Notes under the pieces: model-generated | What the model saw: only the letters and a program-made list of their open reading frames with translations | Databases searched by the model: none | What the model was told of the DNA's origin: nothing | Position numbers and translations under genes: made by a program | In this document: positions 10,140 to 20,230 of the stretch, piece after piece | How the letters are laid out: every line of letters begins with the position of its first letter | Numbering within the stretch: the first letter of the stretch is position 1 | DNA from: an uncultured Rhodospirillaceae bacterium | Lineage (GTDB): Bacteria; Pseudomonadota; Alphaproteobacteria; UBA828 | Assembly: GCA_963997635.1 (NCBI GenBank) | Contig: CAXEND010000001.1 | Span: 80,005 to 144,004 of the forward strand | DNA: 64,000 nucleotides | Reading direction: 5' to 3'

Positions 10140-11315
10140 CTAACGGGCGTAAATTCTAACTTCATTTGTTTGAACACTTGAGCTCGTGGTTGAAGCAAGA
10201 GATATTCGATCACTTGGTAGCCCCATTTCAGCAAGAGCTCTCATTACAGTTTGAGCATGACCCTTAGCAGTATTACTCGCCAAAGCTACTTCAGCAGGTG
10301 TTCCTTGGTTGGGTGCTATTGCAACTAAGTCGAATGCACTTTGTGGTCTTCTTTCAAGAACAGCTGAGAGAGTACTATACAAAGCCTGCTTAAATTCTAC
10401 ATTTTGTCTATCGAATCTAATTACAATTATAGGCCGACGCTCATCTATAGTTTCATCTAGCTCAGTCGAGTGTGGTATGGCATTAGACTTTAATGGTGGT
10501 ATATAACCAGTTTGATTAGACAGGCTAGGACCTAAGTATTCTCCGTTTTTTATAGCTAGTGCCAAAGTAGTTAAATTTCGCCTTTCACTATTTACATAAT
10601 TAGTATACCTATCTGTCGTTTCTCTTAATCCACCTAGTAGTCTATTTATTAAAACTACTGTTCTATTAGTTTCATCTTCTATCAGAGCAAGTTGTCTATG
10701 ATCCTCGTCTACTGCACCTTGAAGCCCATATGTTGCTCTCACAGACTCTAGGAGATAAGCTGCCATTGCAGAGTCTGCGGCTACTTGGTTGCCAAGACTA
10801 TTCAGTGCAGCAATATCAGTCAGTAATCTATCTAATTCACTTTGAGCAGCATTCCACTGGCTGGAGAGAATAGGATTGCCTGGTGTTGACCCTACTTGGA
10901 GTCTGGCAGTTATTGCAGCGGCTGTGGCATAATAGCTTTGTGCGTTTTGTCTTGCTGTATTTCTAACAACAACATACTGCGCTCTACGTGTACCTATAGA
11001 GCTTTGAAGGGTTTCTAATTCAACTCTCTGTTGTTGGACTTTACTGCCAACATATGTTCCTGTTCTAGAAACAGAATTTATTAACCCATCTGCTTCTTGA
11101 ATGGTTTGAGCTCTCACAGGTTCAGAGCGAGGGGGGTTGTTTTCTGGCTCATCAAATATTACATCAGCAGCTTCATCTATTTCAGAAGCCGCTATTACTA
11201 TTTGCTGGCCTGATGGCTCATCACCTGTGAGGGATGGCCATATATCGCCCATTGAGCATCCGGTTAGCAAAAGTGCTGCTGCAGATACGTATGTTATTGA
11301 TCGGAAGGAAGCCAT
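10140..11315 (-). CDS. Hypothetical lipoprotein
   Basis: Signal peptide with lipobox (LLLTGCS); no recognisable catalytic motifs; Ala/Gln/Thr-rich. Confidence 0.5.
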   Translation of the reverse strand: MASFRSITYVSAAALLLTGCSMGDIWPSLTGDEPSGQQIVIAASEIDEAADVIFDEPENNPPRSEPVRAQTIQEADGLINSVSRTGTYVGSKVQQQRVELETLQSSIGTRRAQYVVVRNTARQNAQSYYATAAAITARLQVGSTPGNPILSSQWNAAQSELDRLLTDIAALNSLGNQVAADSAMAAYLLESVRATYGLQGAVDEDHRQLALIEDETNRTVVLINRLLGGLRETTDRYTNYVNSERRNLTTLALAIKNGEYLGPSLSNQTGYIPPLKSNAIPHSTELDETIDERRPIIVIRFDRQNVEFKQALYSTLSAVLERRPQSAFDLVAIAPNQGTPAEVALASNTAKGHAQTVMRALAEMGLPSDRISLASTTSSSVQTNEVRIYAR

Positions 11316-11604
11316 TAATCTTCAACCGTCTGTAATTGAGTTTACACTATTTGGAGCTATATAATAGAACAACATTCAGCTCCTTCAAGTCTAAAAATGA
11401 TAGTAACTCTATAGTCAATACCTAACAATACCCTTTTAAGGTTAAATTATATTATAAATATAAGTTATTTCATAACTTATAACTAATAAAGACAATTTGT
11501 ATAGGGTATAAGTTAAAGAAGATTGTCACACTTGCAGCGTTCTATTGATTTAGTTAGTGTCATTTTTCTTAAAAGTAAGTCAAAAAAGCATTTTTATACT
11601 ACAT

Positions 11605-11681
11605 GCGCCCGTAGCTCAGCTGGATAGAGCACCAGACTACGAATCTGGGGGTCGGGAGTTCGAATCTTCCCGGGCGCGCCA
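11605..11681 (+). tRNA. tRNA-Arg (anticodon ACG)
   Basis: 77-nt cloverleaf folded by hand: acceptor gcgcccg/cgggcgc, D-arm gctcagctggatagagc, anticodon loop cuACGaa, T-arm ggGAGTTCGAATCttcc, encoded CCA. Confidence 0.9.
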
Positions 11682-11741
11682 TTTTGTAAGGAAATGTGTT
11701 TAGGTTTTAGTTATTAGTTATGGTGATGACTAACTTAGTAT

Positions 11742-11818
11742 GCGCCCGTAGCTCAGCTGGATAGAGCACCAGACTTCGAATCTGGGGGTCGGGAGTTCGA
11801 ATCTTCCCGGGCGCGCCA
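11742..11818 (+). tRNA. tRNA-Arg (anticodon TCG)
   Basis: Identical to the preceding tRNA except one base in the anticodon (cuTCGaa). Confidence 0.85.
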
Positions 11819-11878
11819 ACTATCCAGATTTTAAGACTATTCTCTATCCAAAAAGCATACGTTTATTAAAATAAGAAA

Positions 11879-12169
11879 TTAGCCACTAGCTAATACTTCA
11901 CCTGCTTGAACTGAAACTAATGACATGGAGAATTCGGCTGCTGCTTCACTACGTATTTCAGATATTTTTTCCGCTGCGATTTTAGCGGTTTCACCGTCTG
12001 GATAATGAGTGACTACCATCATGGACAGATCACCTGTTCGAACCATGCTTACAGTTGTTGCTCCTAAAGCCTGAATCATAGGTACAAATTTATCTTGTGC
12101 TATACCAAGCATAGAATCATCCCAACTTTCCAAATTCCAGTTAGATACTGTAACGTATGACATGATCAA
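11879..12169 (-). CDS. Small hypothetical protein (96 aa)
   Basis: ORF with plausible coding composition; no firm family assignment. Confidence 0.4.
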   Translation of the reverse strand: MIMSYVTVSNWNLESWDDSMLGIAQDKFVPMIQALGATTVSMVRTGDLSMMVVTHYPDGETAKIAAEKISEIRSEAAAEFSMSLVSVQAGEVLASG

Positions 12170-12262
12170 ACCTCCTTATCTGAACTCTTGAGTCCTTAAT
12201 TAATAATTAAATTATAAAAATTGAACCTTAAATGCATAAATTTAAATTAATAGAAAATTTTT

Positions 12263-13384
12263 CTATTTATTAAATCGATTTGGACTTAGTGCTGTAATAA
12301 GTTCGGAATCTTCAGTTGTTTGGCTATAAGTGTTTCCAAGTATTAGGTCTGAAGAAAGTTTGCCCAAATAGGGAGCAGTCTGAATTCCGTATCCGCCTTG
12401 GCCAGCTAACCAAAAAAAATTTTTATGTTTTTTATCAAATCCTACTACAGGATCTCTATCGGGGGTAAATGTTCTTAACCCAGCCCAACTTGATTGTATT
12501 GATTTTACTTTAAAATCAAGAGCAGCTGTAATTCGGTCCATGCCTATTGCAATATCAATTTCTTCTGCATAAACATCCCTCGGGATATCTTCTGTTTCAT
12601 CAGCAGGTGATCCAATAATAGACCCCGTTTCTGGCTTTATATAAAACTCTTCCTCACAATCAATAACAACAGGCCAATCTTTATAATCCCAATTATCTGG
12701 TTCAAATGAAAAAGCAGTTCTTCTTAAAGGTTTTAAGCCCAGCTTTTTGCATCCTGCTAATTGCCCGATTTCATCGGCCCAAGCACCTGCTGCATTGACA
12801 ATTTTATTACAGAATATTCTGACAGTGTCACAAACAACTTCATAATGTGTCCCTATCTGTTCTATTTTTTTTACACGTTGTGAGAGAAGTATTTTTCCTC
12901 CACATGCACGAAGTTGGTTAATATAATAATGATGAAGAGTCGATACATCTATGTCTTTCGCATCGGGGTCGAATAAAGCTTCAGATACATATTGAGACTT
13001 TATTGCTGGAACTAATTTTTGTGCTTCTTCTATATTCATGTGGGTTAAATTAGAGAGTTTAGAGAGTTCTTTACGAAGATTATTCATGGCTTGATGTTGA
13101 TGTTTTTTTGCTATAAATAAAAAACCCCTTTGACTTAAAATAGCTTGAGAAAGCTCGTCTTCTGCCTTTTTAAACAGAGGTGAGCTCATAGCTGTTATAT
13201 CTCTGATAACCTTGGAACCGTACATTGGGGCATAAACGGCAACCGACCTTCCAGTTGAATGGAATCCTGGGTGTTCTTCAGCTTCAACCACAACTACTTT
13301 TGTTTTGCTTGTTAAATTTGCAGCAACCGAAGCTCCAGCTATACCCCCTCCAATTACTAAGACATCAACAGAAAGTTTATCCAT
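12263..13384 (-). CDS. FAD-dependent oxidoreductase (D-amino-acid/glycine oxidase-like DAO family)
   Basis: N-terminal Rossmann dinucleotide-binding motif VLVIGGGIAGASVA; 373 aa. Confidence 0.75.
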   Translation of the reverse strand: MDKLSVDVLVIGGGIAGASVAANLTSKTKVVVVEAEEHPGFHSTGRSVAVYAPMYGSKVIRDITAMSSPLFKKAEDELSQAILSQRGFLFIAKKHQHQAMNNLRKELSKLSNLTHMNIEEAQKLVPAIKSQYVSEALFDPDAKDIDVSTLHHYYINQLRACGGKILLSQRVKKIEQIGTHYEVVCDTVRIFCNKIVNAAGAWADEIGQLAGCKKLGLKPLRRTAFSFEPDNWDYKDWPVVIDCEEEFYIKPETGSIIGSPADETEDIPRDVYAEEIDIAIGMDRITAALDFKVKSIQSSWAGLRTFTPDRDPVVGFDKKHKNFFWLAGQGGYGIQTAPYLGKLSSDLILGNTYSQTTEDSELITALSPNRFNK

Positions 13385-13393
13385 AGTTTGTAA

Positions 13394-14071
13394 TTAATCC
13401 GCAATTAAAATAGCCCTAACCGGAGATGCATCTGCCCCGTTTAGTTTTAAAGGTAAGCACATTAAGGTATAATAACCCTCAGGTACTTTGGAGAGATTGA
13501 CCGCTTCAAGAACAATTACATCTTTTCCAAGAACTTCTAAATGGCTATGAAAATGTTCAACTCCATATTTTTCAATTGAAATATAATCTATACCAACTAA
13601 CGATGCACCACATTCATTAACTCTTTTCGCGGCTCCAGGGCTTAGATAAACAAAATCGGCAACAAATTCCCCTGAATTTACTAGCCCTTCAGTTGAATTT
13701 CGTGTTTTAAATAACACTCCTTCACCTGGTCTAATTTTCGACCAGTCGACATCAGTTTCAGAAACTTCAATAGGGTTTGTTACTTCTATAACTTGTACAC
13801 GTTTGATAAAATCTGTTACTGCAAACTCATCGAGTTTTTTACCTTCAGAGTAAAAATGATATGGAACATCAAGATGCGTTCCACTATGACAGCTCATTTC
13901 TAGACGTGACAAGTTGCAAAAAGAATCTCCTGCATTCATTATTAGATTTCTGCTGTAAGGAGTGTCTCCAGGATAGTCGATTGACTCCGTTCCCAACTCA
14001 ACGCTTATATCATAAATTTTTTTCTCAAGAATTTGATTCATTTTATTTTTCCCCTTTGATAGACTTATCAA
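13394..14071 (-). CDS. Cyclase-family protein (kynurenine formamidase-like)
   Basis: Signature HSGTHLDVPYHF motif of the putative cyclase / arylformamidase family. Confidence 0.75.
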   Translation of the reverse strand: MISLSKGKNKMNQILEKKIYDISVELGTESIDYPGDTPYSRNLIMNAGDSFCNLSRLEMSCHSGTHLDVPYHFYSEGKKLDEFAVTDFIKRVQVIEVTNPIEVSETDVDWSKIRPGEGVLFKTRNSTEGLVNSGEFVADFVYLSPGAAKRVNECGASLVGIDYISIEKYGVEHFHSHLEVLGKDVIVLEAVNLSKVPEGYYTLMCLPLKLNGADASPVRAILIAD

Positions 14072-14474
14072 ACCTATTGTCTATTTCACATCCCATAGCT
14101 GTTGCAAGAGCATTAGTTTTGTTAGCTAAAAGAATTACTTCCATGAGCTCTGAATAAATCTCTTCTGTCATGCCAGCTTTTCGAGCTGCAAAAGTGTGAG
14201 TATGAATACAATAATTACAGTTATTCATAATAGAAACTGCTACATATATCATTTCTTTATATAGGTATGGAATTTTGCCTTCTGACATAATTTCTTTAAC
14301 TTGTGACCATGTTTCATCCAACTGTTTTTCATTATGCGACAGGTCTTCCCAAAAGTTATTTATGTAGTCAGTTTTTCTTGTCTCTCTTATGTCACTAAAA
14401 ACCCGCTCAACTTTTTCATTACTTTTTCTGTCTATCGTAGTCATGTCATTCTCCTCTTGTATAGTTTTGGGCAC
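14043..14474 (-). CDS. Carboxymuconolactone decarboxylase / AhpD-like family protein
   Basis: 143 aa with a CxxC-H motif (CNYCIHTH) characteristic of AhpD-like proteins; 3' end overlaps the next gene by 29 nt. Confidence 0.65.
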   Translation of the reverse strand: MPKTIQEENDMTTIDRKSNEKVERVFSDIRETRKTDYINNFWEDLSHNEKQLDETWSQVKEIMSEGKIPYLYKEMIYVAVSIMNNCNYCIHTHTFAARKAGMTEEIYSELMEVILLANKTNALATAMGCEIDNRFDKSIKGEK

Positions 14475-14604
14475 TAATTCAAGAAATTGTATTGCAGAAG
14501 TTGAAAATTATATTCTTCTTGGTGTAGATGTTTTTTTGTGAGTAAATGTATAGAAATCTTTAGATATTATGCTTTATAAAGTTATGTATATATTTAAGAG
14601 TATG

Positions 14605-15636
14605 TTATACATCTAGAATCATTCTCCCAAAAAAATCCCTGCTTTCCATAACCCTATGAGCCTCTGAGGCTGCTTCTAAAGGAAATATTTTATGAATAAC
14701 TGGTTTTAATTGCCCATTAGCCATCAAGCTAAGAACCTTATTAACTTGAGCCTTTGTTGAACGTCCTGCACCATGAATTGTAATATGTTTTCTAAAAAAC
14801 TCCACAAAGTCTATTTCAACACGTTCTCCACCGTGAGCTCCTATAGTCGCCATACGACCACCGTCTATAATTGAGTCAATTGTTTGAGACAAAATTTTAC
14901 CTCCGACCATCTCCAAAGCACAATCTACGCCCTTACCTTCTGTTATTGATTTACAGAATTCGCCTATATCCTGATGGGTATAATTTATAATTTCATCTGC
15001 TCCAAGTTCTTTGGCTTTTTCCAGTTTTTCATCATTACCGGCAGCTGCAATAACCTTTGCCCCTGCTAATTTAGCTATCTGTATTGCGGCGGTTCCTACT
15101 CCACCTCCTGCAGCAGTTATTAGAACTGTTTCCCCAACTGATAAATGTGCTACTTCAATAAGAGCTTCCCAAGCTGTAGCAAATGGTATTTGTCCTGCAA
15201 CAGCATTTGTAAAAGATAATGAATCAGGAATTCTAATTAAATGATGGGGTTTGCATCTTACATATTCTGCATATCCTCCCCATACTGTAACGCCAAGTAT
15301 ATCAGCTGTGTCACAAATATTCTCTTTTCCATCTTGGCAATTTCTACAGCTCCCACAGGACAACATAAAATGTGGAGAAACTTTATCACCTGTCGAAAAG
15401 CCACTTACACCTTTTCCTATATCTGCGATTTCTCCACATGCATCAACACCCATTACCCAAGGAAAGGATTGGCTGATACCAAACAAACCCTTACGTAAAT
15501 CTGTATCGCAATGGTTTATAGCACTAGCCCTTATTCTGATTGTAACTTCACCAGGCCGTGGCTCAGGGGTGGGAACATTCTTATATTTCAGCACTGTAAC
15601 ATCTTGCGAATATTCATTAATTATAGCTGCTTTCAT
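14605..15636 (-). CDS. Zinc-binding alcohol dehydrogenase family oxidoreductase (MDR)
   Basis: GroES-like N-terminus with Cys-rich zinc sites (CGSCRNCQDGKENIC) and a Rossmann motif (AAGGGVGTAAIQ). Confidence 0.8.
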   Translation of the reverse strand: MKAAIINEYSQDVTVLKYKNVPTPEPRPGEVTIRIRASAINHCDTDLRKGLFGISQSFPWVMGVDACGEIADIGKGVSGFSTGDKVSPHFMLSCGSCRNCQDGKENICDTADILGVTVWGGYAEYVRCKPHHLIRIPDSLSFTNAVAGQIPFATAWEALIEVAHLSVGETVLITAAGGGVGTAAIQIAKLAGAKVIAAAGNDEKLEKAKELGADEIINYTHQDIGEFCKSITEGKGVDCALEMVGGKILSQTIDSIIDGGRMATIGAHGGERVEIDFVEFFRKHITIHGAGRSTKAQVNKVLSLMANGQLKPVIHKIFPLEAASEAHRVMESRDFFGRMILDV

Positions 15637-15678
15637 AATTGAAACTCCAAGGTATTTTAATAGATTGTCTGGTATTAA

Positions 15679-16632
15679 TTATGGAAAGTCTTTCTTTGGT
15701 TGTTTGCCATTGACCAGTAATTGTGTGGCTCGAAGAACAGATGTGTGTTTATAGGCTAACTCATGAAGATTGTCTGCATAGCCCCCACCAATAACACAGG
15801 CTACAGGAATTTTAGATTTCCAACATAATTCCAGAGTAATATAGTCACGTATGATTAGACCGCTATTACTAAGTTGTAATTTGCCCAGCTTATCATCCAA
15901 GTGAGGGTCTACACCGGCATTAAAAAATACTATATCTGGATTTGATTTTTGTATTGCCACGGGCAAATTGGTTTTTAGACATGAAATATATTTATTATCG
16001 CCAGTTCCTTCTGGTAAACCAAAGTCCATGTTACTAAATTGTTTTTTATCAGGATAATTTTGTTCACAATGAATTGAAAATGTAAAAACAGATGGATCAT
16101 GAGAAAAAAAACAAGCAGTACCATCCCCTTGATGAACATCTAAATCGATTATCAAAGCTTTACGTATTATAGATTCTTTCTGTAATACTTTTACTGCAAC
16201 AGCGACATCATTAAATAGGCAGAAACCAGCTGCATGTCCAGGGTGCCCATGATGACTTCCGCCAGCTAGATTAAATGCAATACGGTTTTCTATTGCGAGG
16301 CGACCAGTAAGGATTGTGCCACCAACAGCAGCTAGTGCTCTTCTCACTATTTCATCACTACACTGAAATCCCAGTTTACGCTCAGCTGATTTGTCTAATT
16401 GTTTTTTTAGAACGTTGTCTATGTAGTCACTGTCATGGGCAAGACATAATTCTTTCCTAGATGCAGCATTTGGAGTAAATATTCTTGTTTCGTCTAATAA
16501 TCCATTATTAAGAAGAATTTTCATAATTAATTCATTTTTTCCCATTGGAAACCGATGCCCTCCAGGTGGATCAATAGTATAATCTTTATGAAACACTACT
16601 GGAAAAATAACTTGCTTCAAATCATTACTCAT
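15679..16632 (-). CDS. Histone deacetylase-family amidohydrolase (acetoin utilisation/acetylpolyamine amidohydrolase-like)
   Basis: Conserved HDAC motifs (GGSHHGHPGHAAGFCLFNDVAV, IDLDVHQGDG). Confidence 0.8.
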   Translation of the reverse strand: MSNDLKQVIFPVVFHKDYTIDPPGGHRFPMGKNELIMKILLNNGLLDETRIFTPNAASRKELCLAHDSDYIDNVLKKQLDKSAERKLGFQCSDEIVRRALAAVGGTILTGRLAIENRIAFNLAGGSHHGHPGHAAGFCLFNDVAVAVKVLQKESIIRKALIIDLDVHQGDGTACFFSHDPSVFTFSIHCEQNYPDKKQFSNMDFGLPEGTGDNKYISCLKTNLPVAIQKSNPDIVFFNAGVDPHLDDKLGKLQLSNSGLIIRDYITLELCWKSKIPVACVIGGGYADNLHELAYKHTSVLRATQLLVNGKQPKKDFP

Positions 16633-16659
16633 AAAGGTTTTATTTTCTATAATTTTTAA

Positions 16660-17007
16660 TTAAATTATTGACAACACATTTTCAGGAGGGCGTCCAATAA
16701 CAGCCTTATTGTTAATGACTACAATTGGTCTTTCTAAAACAGATGGATGTGCGGCCAAAGCTTCAATTAATTTTTTGCGTGAGAGTTTCTGATTATCTAG
16801 GCCAGCCTTCTTATAATCAGGTTCCTTTTTACGCATTATATCGCGAGGCTCCATACCTAACATATCGAGTAGGTTTTCAATAGTTTTAACATCAAGAGGG
16901 GTTTTTAGATATTCAATTATTTCAGGGGACAATTTATTTTCATTAAGTAATTTAAGTGTTTCACGAGATTTTGAGCAGCGTGCATTATGATAAATTATAA
17001 CTGACAT
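16660..17007 (-). CDS. ArsC/Spx-family protein (arsenate reductase-like thioredoxin fold)
   Basis: 115 aa; N-terminal YHNARCSKSR motif typical of the ArsC family. Confidence 0.75.
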   Translation of the reverse strand: MSVIIYHNARCSKSRETLKLLNENKLSPEIIEYLKTPLDVKTIENLLDMLGMEPRDIMRKKEPDYKKAGLDNQKLSRKKLIEALAAHPSVLERPIVVINNKAVIGRPPENVLSII

Positions 17008-17269
17008 TTTTAATCCTTTATTTTTTATTTATTTAGAATTTAGTATTGTATATATGAATTATTATATTTTACTCGTTTAGGCTTATCAGGCGTTTTTTGT
17101 TTTTAATGGTATCCAAGTAAGTTACCAATTATTAAACATTATGTTGGCTCCCACAAAAATATTAATTCATTTCACTGGTAGTGATAGTTGCGATGTACAT
17201 ATGAGTAAATTATTATGAAAGTATGCTTTATGCGTATTTTTTCATATAAAAATACTGTGTTGTTAAAGA

Positions 17270-18073
17270 TTGGAGAGATTCTTTATGGAAACTAGTCGAG
17301 TAATTGGTATGTTCAACTGGTATGGCCTAAGGACTCTTTACTTTAAAGAATGCAGACGTTTTTTAAAGGTTGCACTTCAAACTATTTTTGCCCCAACAGT
17401 CACCGCTATGCTTTTTCTAGCAATCTTTTCTCTTGCTTTAGGAAAGGCTGTTACTGAAATTAATGGTGTGGCATTTCTAACATTTATGGCACCAGGCCTA
17501 ATAATGATGACTATAATGCAAAATAGTTTTGCCAATACTTCATCGTCTTTAATGCTTGCAAAAGTTCAAGGAAGCATATCCGATATTTTGATGCCTCCAT
17601 TTAAGCCCTTAGAACTTTTAGTTGGTATATCTGGGGCTGGTATAACACGTGGTTTAGTTTGTGGGCTAGTTTTATCTCTTGTACTTTTGCCTTTTGTAAG
17701 GTTAGATGTATGCCAAATATTTGCATTAATTTATTTTGCATTCATGGGTGCTTTATTTCTATCCCTAGTAGGCATCATTACAGCAATCTGGGCCGAGAAA
17801 TTTGATCAGCTTGCAGCGGTAACCAATTTCTTGATTACTCCGCTCGCTTTTTTATCAGGTACGTTTTATTCTATTCATAGGTTGCCAGAACCTTTTTTTA
17901 CTGCCAGTCAACTTAATCCATTTTTTTATTTAATCGATGGATTTCGGTATGGACTCATCGGGACAGCCGATGGATCATTAATTGCAGGAATAATTGTCGT
18001 TTTTATCATCAACCTTGTTCTTGGGGTTGTAGTCCACCATGTTCTGAGAAAGGGTTGGCGTTTGAAAACATAA
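17270..18073 (+). CDS. ABC-2 type transporter permease
   Basis: Six-TM hydrophobic protein of ~260 aa with ABC-2 family features; no ATPase partner in the immediate neighbourhood. Confidence 0.6.
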   Translation: MERFFMETSRVIGMFNWYGLRTLYFKECRRFLKVALQTIFAPTVTAMLFLAIFSLALGKAVTEINGVAFLTFMAPGLIMMTIMQNSFANTSSSLMLAKVQGSISDILMPPFKPLELLVGISGAGITRGLVCGLVLSLVLLPFVRLDVCQIFALIYFAFMGALFLSLVGIITAIWAEKFDQLAAVTNFLITPLAFLSGTFYSIHRLPEPFFTASQLNPFFYLIDGFRYGLIGTADGSLIAGIIVVFIINLVLGVVVHHVLRKGWRLKT

Positions 18074-18143
18074 TGTTTTCTGGGCTTAACCTTGTGTAGG
18101 TATAGATTTATAATTATTTGCCCATTCTTGACGGAGAATTGAA

Positions 18144-19313
18144 ATGTCTTCTAATGTAATGACCAATTATGGTCGAATTGATATTAGTTTTGATAAGGGT
18201 ATTGGGTCTTATCTTTACACTAAAGACGGCTCCCGATATTTAGACTTTGCAAGTGGTATAGCTGTAACTTGTTTGGGTCACTCGCATCCATCATTACTAG
18301 CTGCTATCAAAACACAATCAGAGAAGCTTTGGCATGTGTCGAATTTATATAATATTGATTCTCAATCACGTTTAGCAGAAAGGCTTTGCAAAAATTCCTT
18401 CGCGGAGCGGGTTTTCTTCTGTAATTCTGGCGCTGAAGCAGTTGAGGCAGCACTTAAATTATCTCGTATATATCATGACAATTCAGGGAATCCAGATCGC
18501 TGGAGGGTGATTTCTTTTAATAACGCATTTCATGGAAGAACTTTCGCTACAATCGCAGCAGCGGGACAACCTAAGCATTTAAAGGGTTTTGAACCAAAAG
18601 TTAGGGGTTTTGATCATGTAGAATTTGGTAACATTGATGCTGTTAAATCCGCTATAACTAATGAAACCGCTGCAGTTCTTGTTGAGCCTGTGCAAGGTGA
18701 GGGTGGAATACATGTTGCTAGCAAATCTTTTCTGCAAGATTTACGAGAAATTTGTAATAAACATGGACTACTATTAATTTTTGATGAAGTTCAGTGTGGT
18801 ATGGGCAGAACTGGTCGTATGTGGGCCTATGAATGGTCAGAAATAAACCCTGACATTATAACTGTTGCAAAGGCATTGGGTGGTGGTTTTCCCATAGGTG
18901 CTTGTATGGCAACTGAGGAAGTTGGAAGTGCATTTATACCAGGAACCCATGGGTCGACATTTGGTGGAAATCCAATGGCTACTACAATTGCAAATGCTGT
19001 TTTGGATGAAATACAAAGTGTTGGTTTTTTAGAAAATGTTGTTGCAAAGGGTGAATACCTTACTGAGAAATTAGAACTAATTTGTAAAAATAGCTCTGTG
19101 ATTGAAGAAGTTAGGGGTAAGGGCCTTATGATAGGGTTACAGTTCTCGGTGCCATCACTAGATGTAATGGCAGCACTAAGAAACAAAAAACTTTTAACTG
19201 TTATAGCTGAAGGTAATACTCTAAGGCTTTTACCACCATTAACCGTGGACAGGGCTGAGATTGACGAGGCTTGTGAAGCAATTGAGGTTACAACAAAGGA
19301 GTTTGATACTTGA
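18144..19313 (+). CDS. argD: Acetylornithine aminotransferase (class-III PLP aminotransferase)
   Basis: Class III aminotransferase motifs (LIFDEVQCGMGRTG, Lys in TVAKALGGG); followed by argF with a 4-nt overlap. Confidence 0.9.
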   Translation: MSSNVMTNYGRIDISFDKGIGSYLYTKDGSRYLDFASGIAVTCLGHSHPSLLAAIKTQSEKLWHVSNLYNIDSQSRLAERLCKNSFAERVFFCNSGAEAVEAALKLSRIYHDNSGNPDRWRVISFNNAFHGRTFATIAAAGQPKHLKGFEPKVRGFDHVEFGNIDAVKSAITNETAAVLVEPVQGEGGIHVASKSFLQDLREICNKHGLLLIFDEVQCGMGRTGRMWAYEWSEINPDIITVAKALGGGFPIGACMATEEVGSAFIPGTHGSTFGGNPMATTIANAVLDEIQSVGFLENVVAKGEYLTEKLELICKNSSVIEEVRGKGLMIGLQFSVPSLDVMAALRNKKLLTVIAEGNTLRLLPPLTVDRAEIDEACEAIEVTTKEFDT

Positions 19314-20227
19314 CAACAAAACGTAATTTTTTAGACCTTGATGCTTTTGAAGCCCAAGAGTTGCGCAGAATAATTGAATGTGCTCAAGCACTAAAGGAAA
19401 ATCCTAAATGTTGCGACACACCTCTATTTGGGAAGACTTTAGCTATGATATTTGAAAAACCTTCTACTCGTACTAGAATTTCATTTGATTTAGCGATGTC
19501 TCAACTTGGGGGGAAGGTAGTTTCTTTATCAACAAAGGAATTACAGCTCGGGCGAGGTGAAACGTTAGGTGATACAGCTCGTGTTCTATCACGTTATGTA
19601 AATGCCATTTTGCTACGAACTGATAGTCATGAGTCTCTTGATGAATTTGCGTCAGCATCCAGTGTGCCTGTAGTAAACGGTTTAACAGATAAATCACATC
19701 CCTGTCAGTTATTAGCTGATGTAATGACTTTTGAGGAACATTTAGGTTCGATTGAGGGGAAGGTTGTTGCTTGGTTGGGAGATGGTAACAATGTTGCTGC
19801 GACATGGATCCAAGCTGCAACACAATTTAATTTTGAGATCCGTATTGCTTGCCCACAGACTTTACAACCAAATCCAGAGGTCCTTCTATGGGCTGAGAAA
19901 AGAGGTGCAAAAGTGTCTGTAACTGAAGATCCGTTATCAGCCTTAGAGGGAGCAAACTGTGTAGTGACCGATACTTGGGTTTCGCTATCTGATGACCAAG
20001 ATAAATCAGTGGATATTCTTAAGCCATTTCAGGTAAATAGTAGTAAAATGTCGTTGGCTAATTCAGATGCCATATTTATGCATTGTTTGCCTGCTAAACG
20101 TGGTCAGGAAGTTACCGAAGATGTTCTAGATGGACCAGCTTCTGTAGTTTTTGATGAAGCCGAGAATCGTATGCATGTACAGAAAGCTATTTTACTTTGG
20201 TGCTTAGCTCCAGAAAAACTGGGTTAA
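19310..20227 (+). CDS. argF: Ornithine carbamoyltransferase
   Basis: STRTRISF carbamoyl-phosphate binding motif and HCLP motif; 305 aa. Confidence 0.9.
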   Translation: MTTKRNFLDLDAFEAQELRRIIECAQALKENPKCCDTPLFGKTLAMIFEKPSTRTRISFDLAMSQLGGKVVSLSTKELQLGRGETLGDTARVLSRYVNAILLRTDSHESLDEFASASSVPVVNGLTDKSHPCQLLADVMTFEEHLGSIEGKVVAWLGDGNNVAATWIQAATQFNFEIRIACPQTLQPNPEVLLWAEKRGAKVSVTEDPLSALEGANCVVTDTWVSLSDDQDKSVDILKPFQVNSSKMSLANSDAIFMHCLPAKRGQEVTEDVLDGPASVVFDEAENRMHVQKAILLWCLAPEKLG

Positions 20228-20230
20228 AAA

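Noticed and set aside
17008-17269. Possible small RNA or leader in the 260-nt divergent region between the arsC-like and ABC-2 permease genes
   Set aside because: Only AT-rich sequence without convincing stem-loops or conserved motifs; most simply a divergent promoter region.
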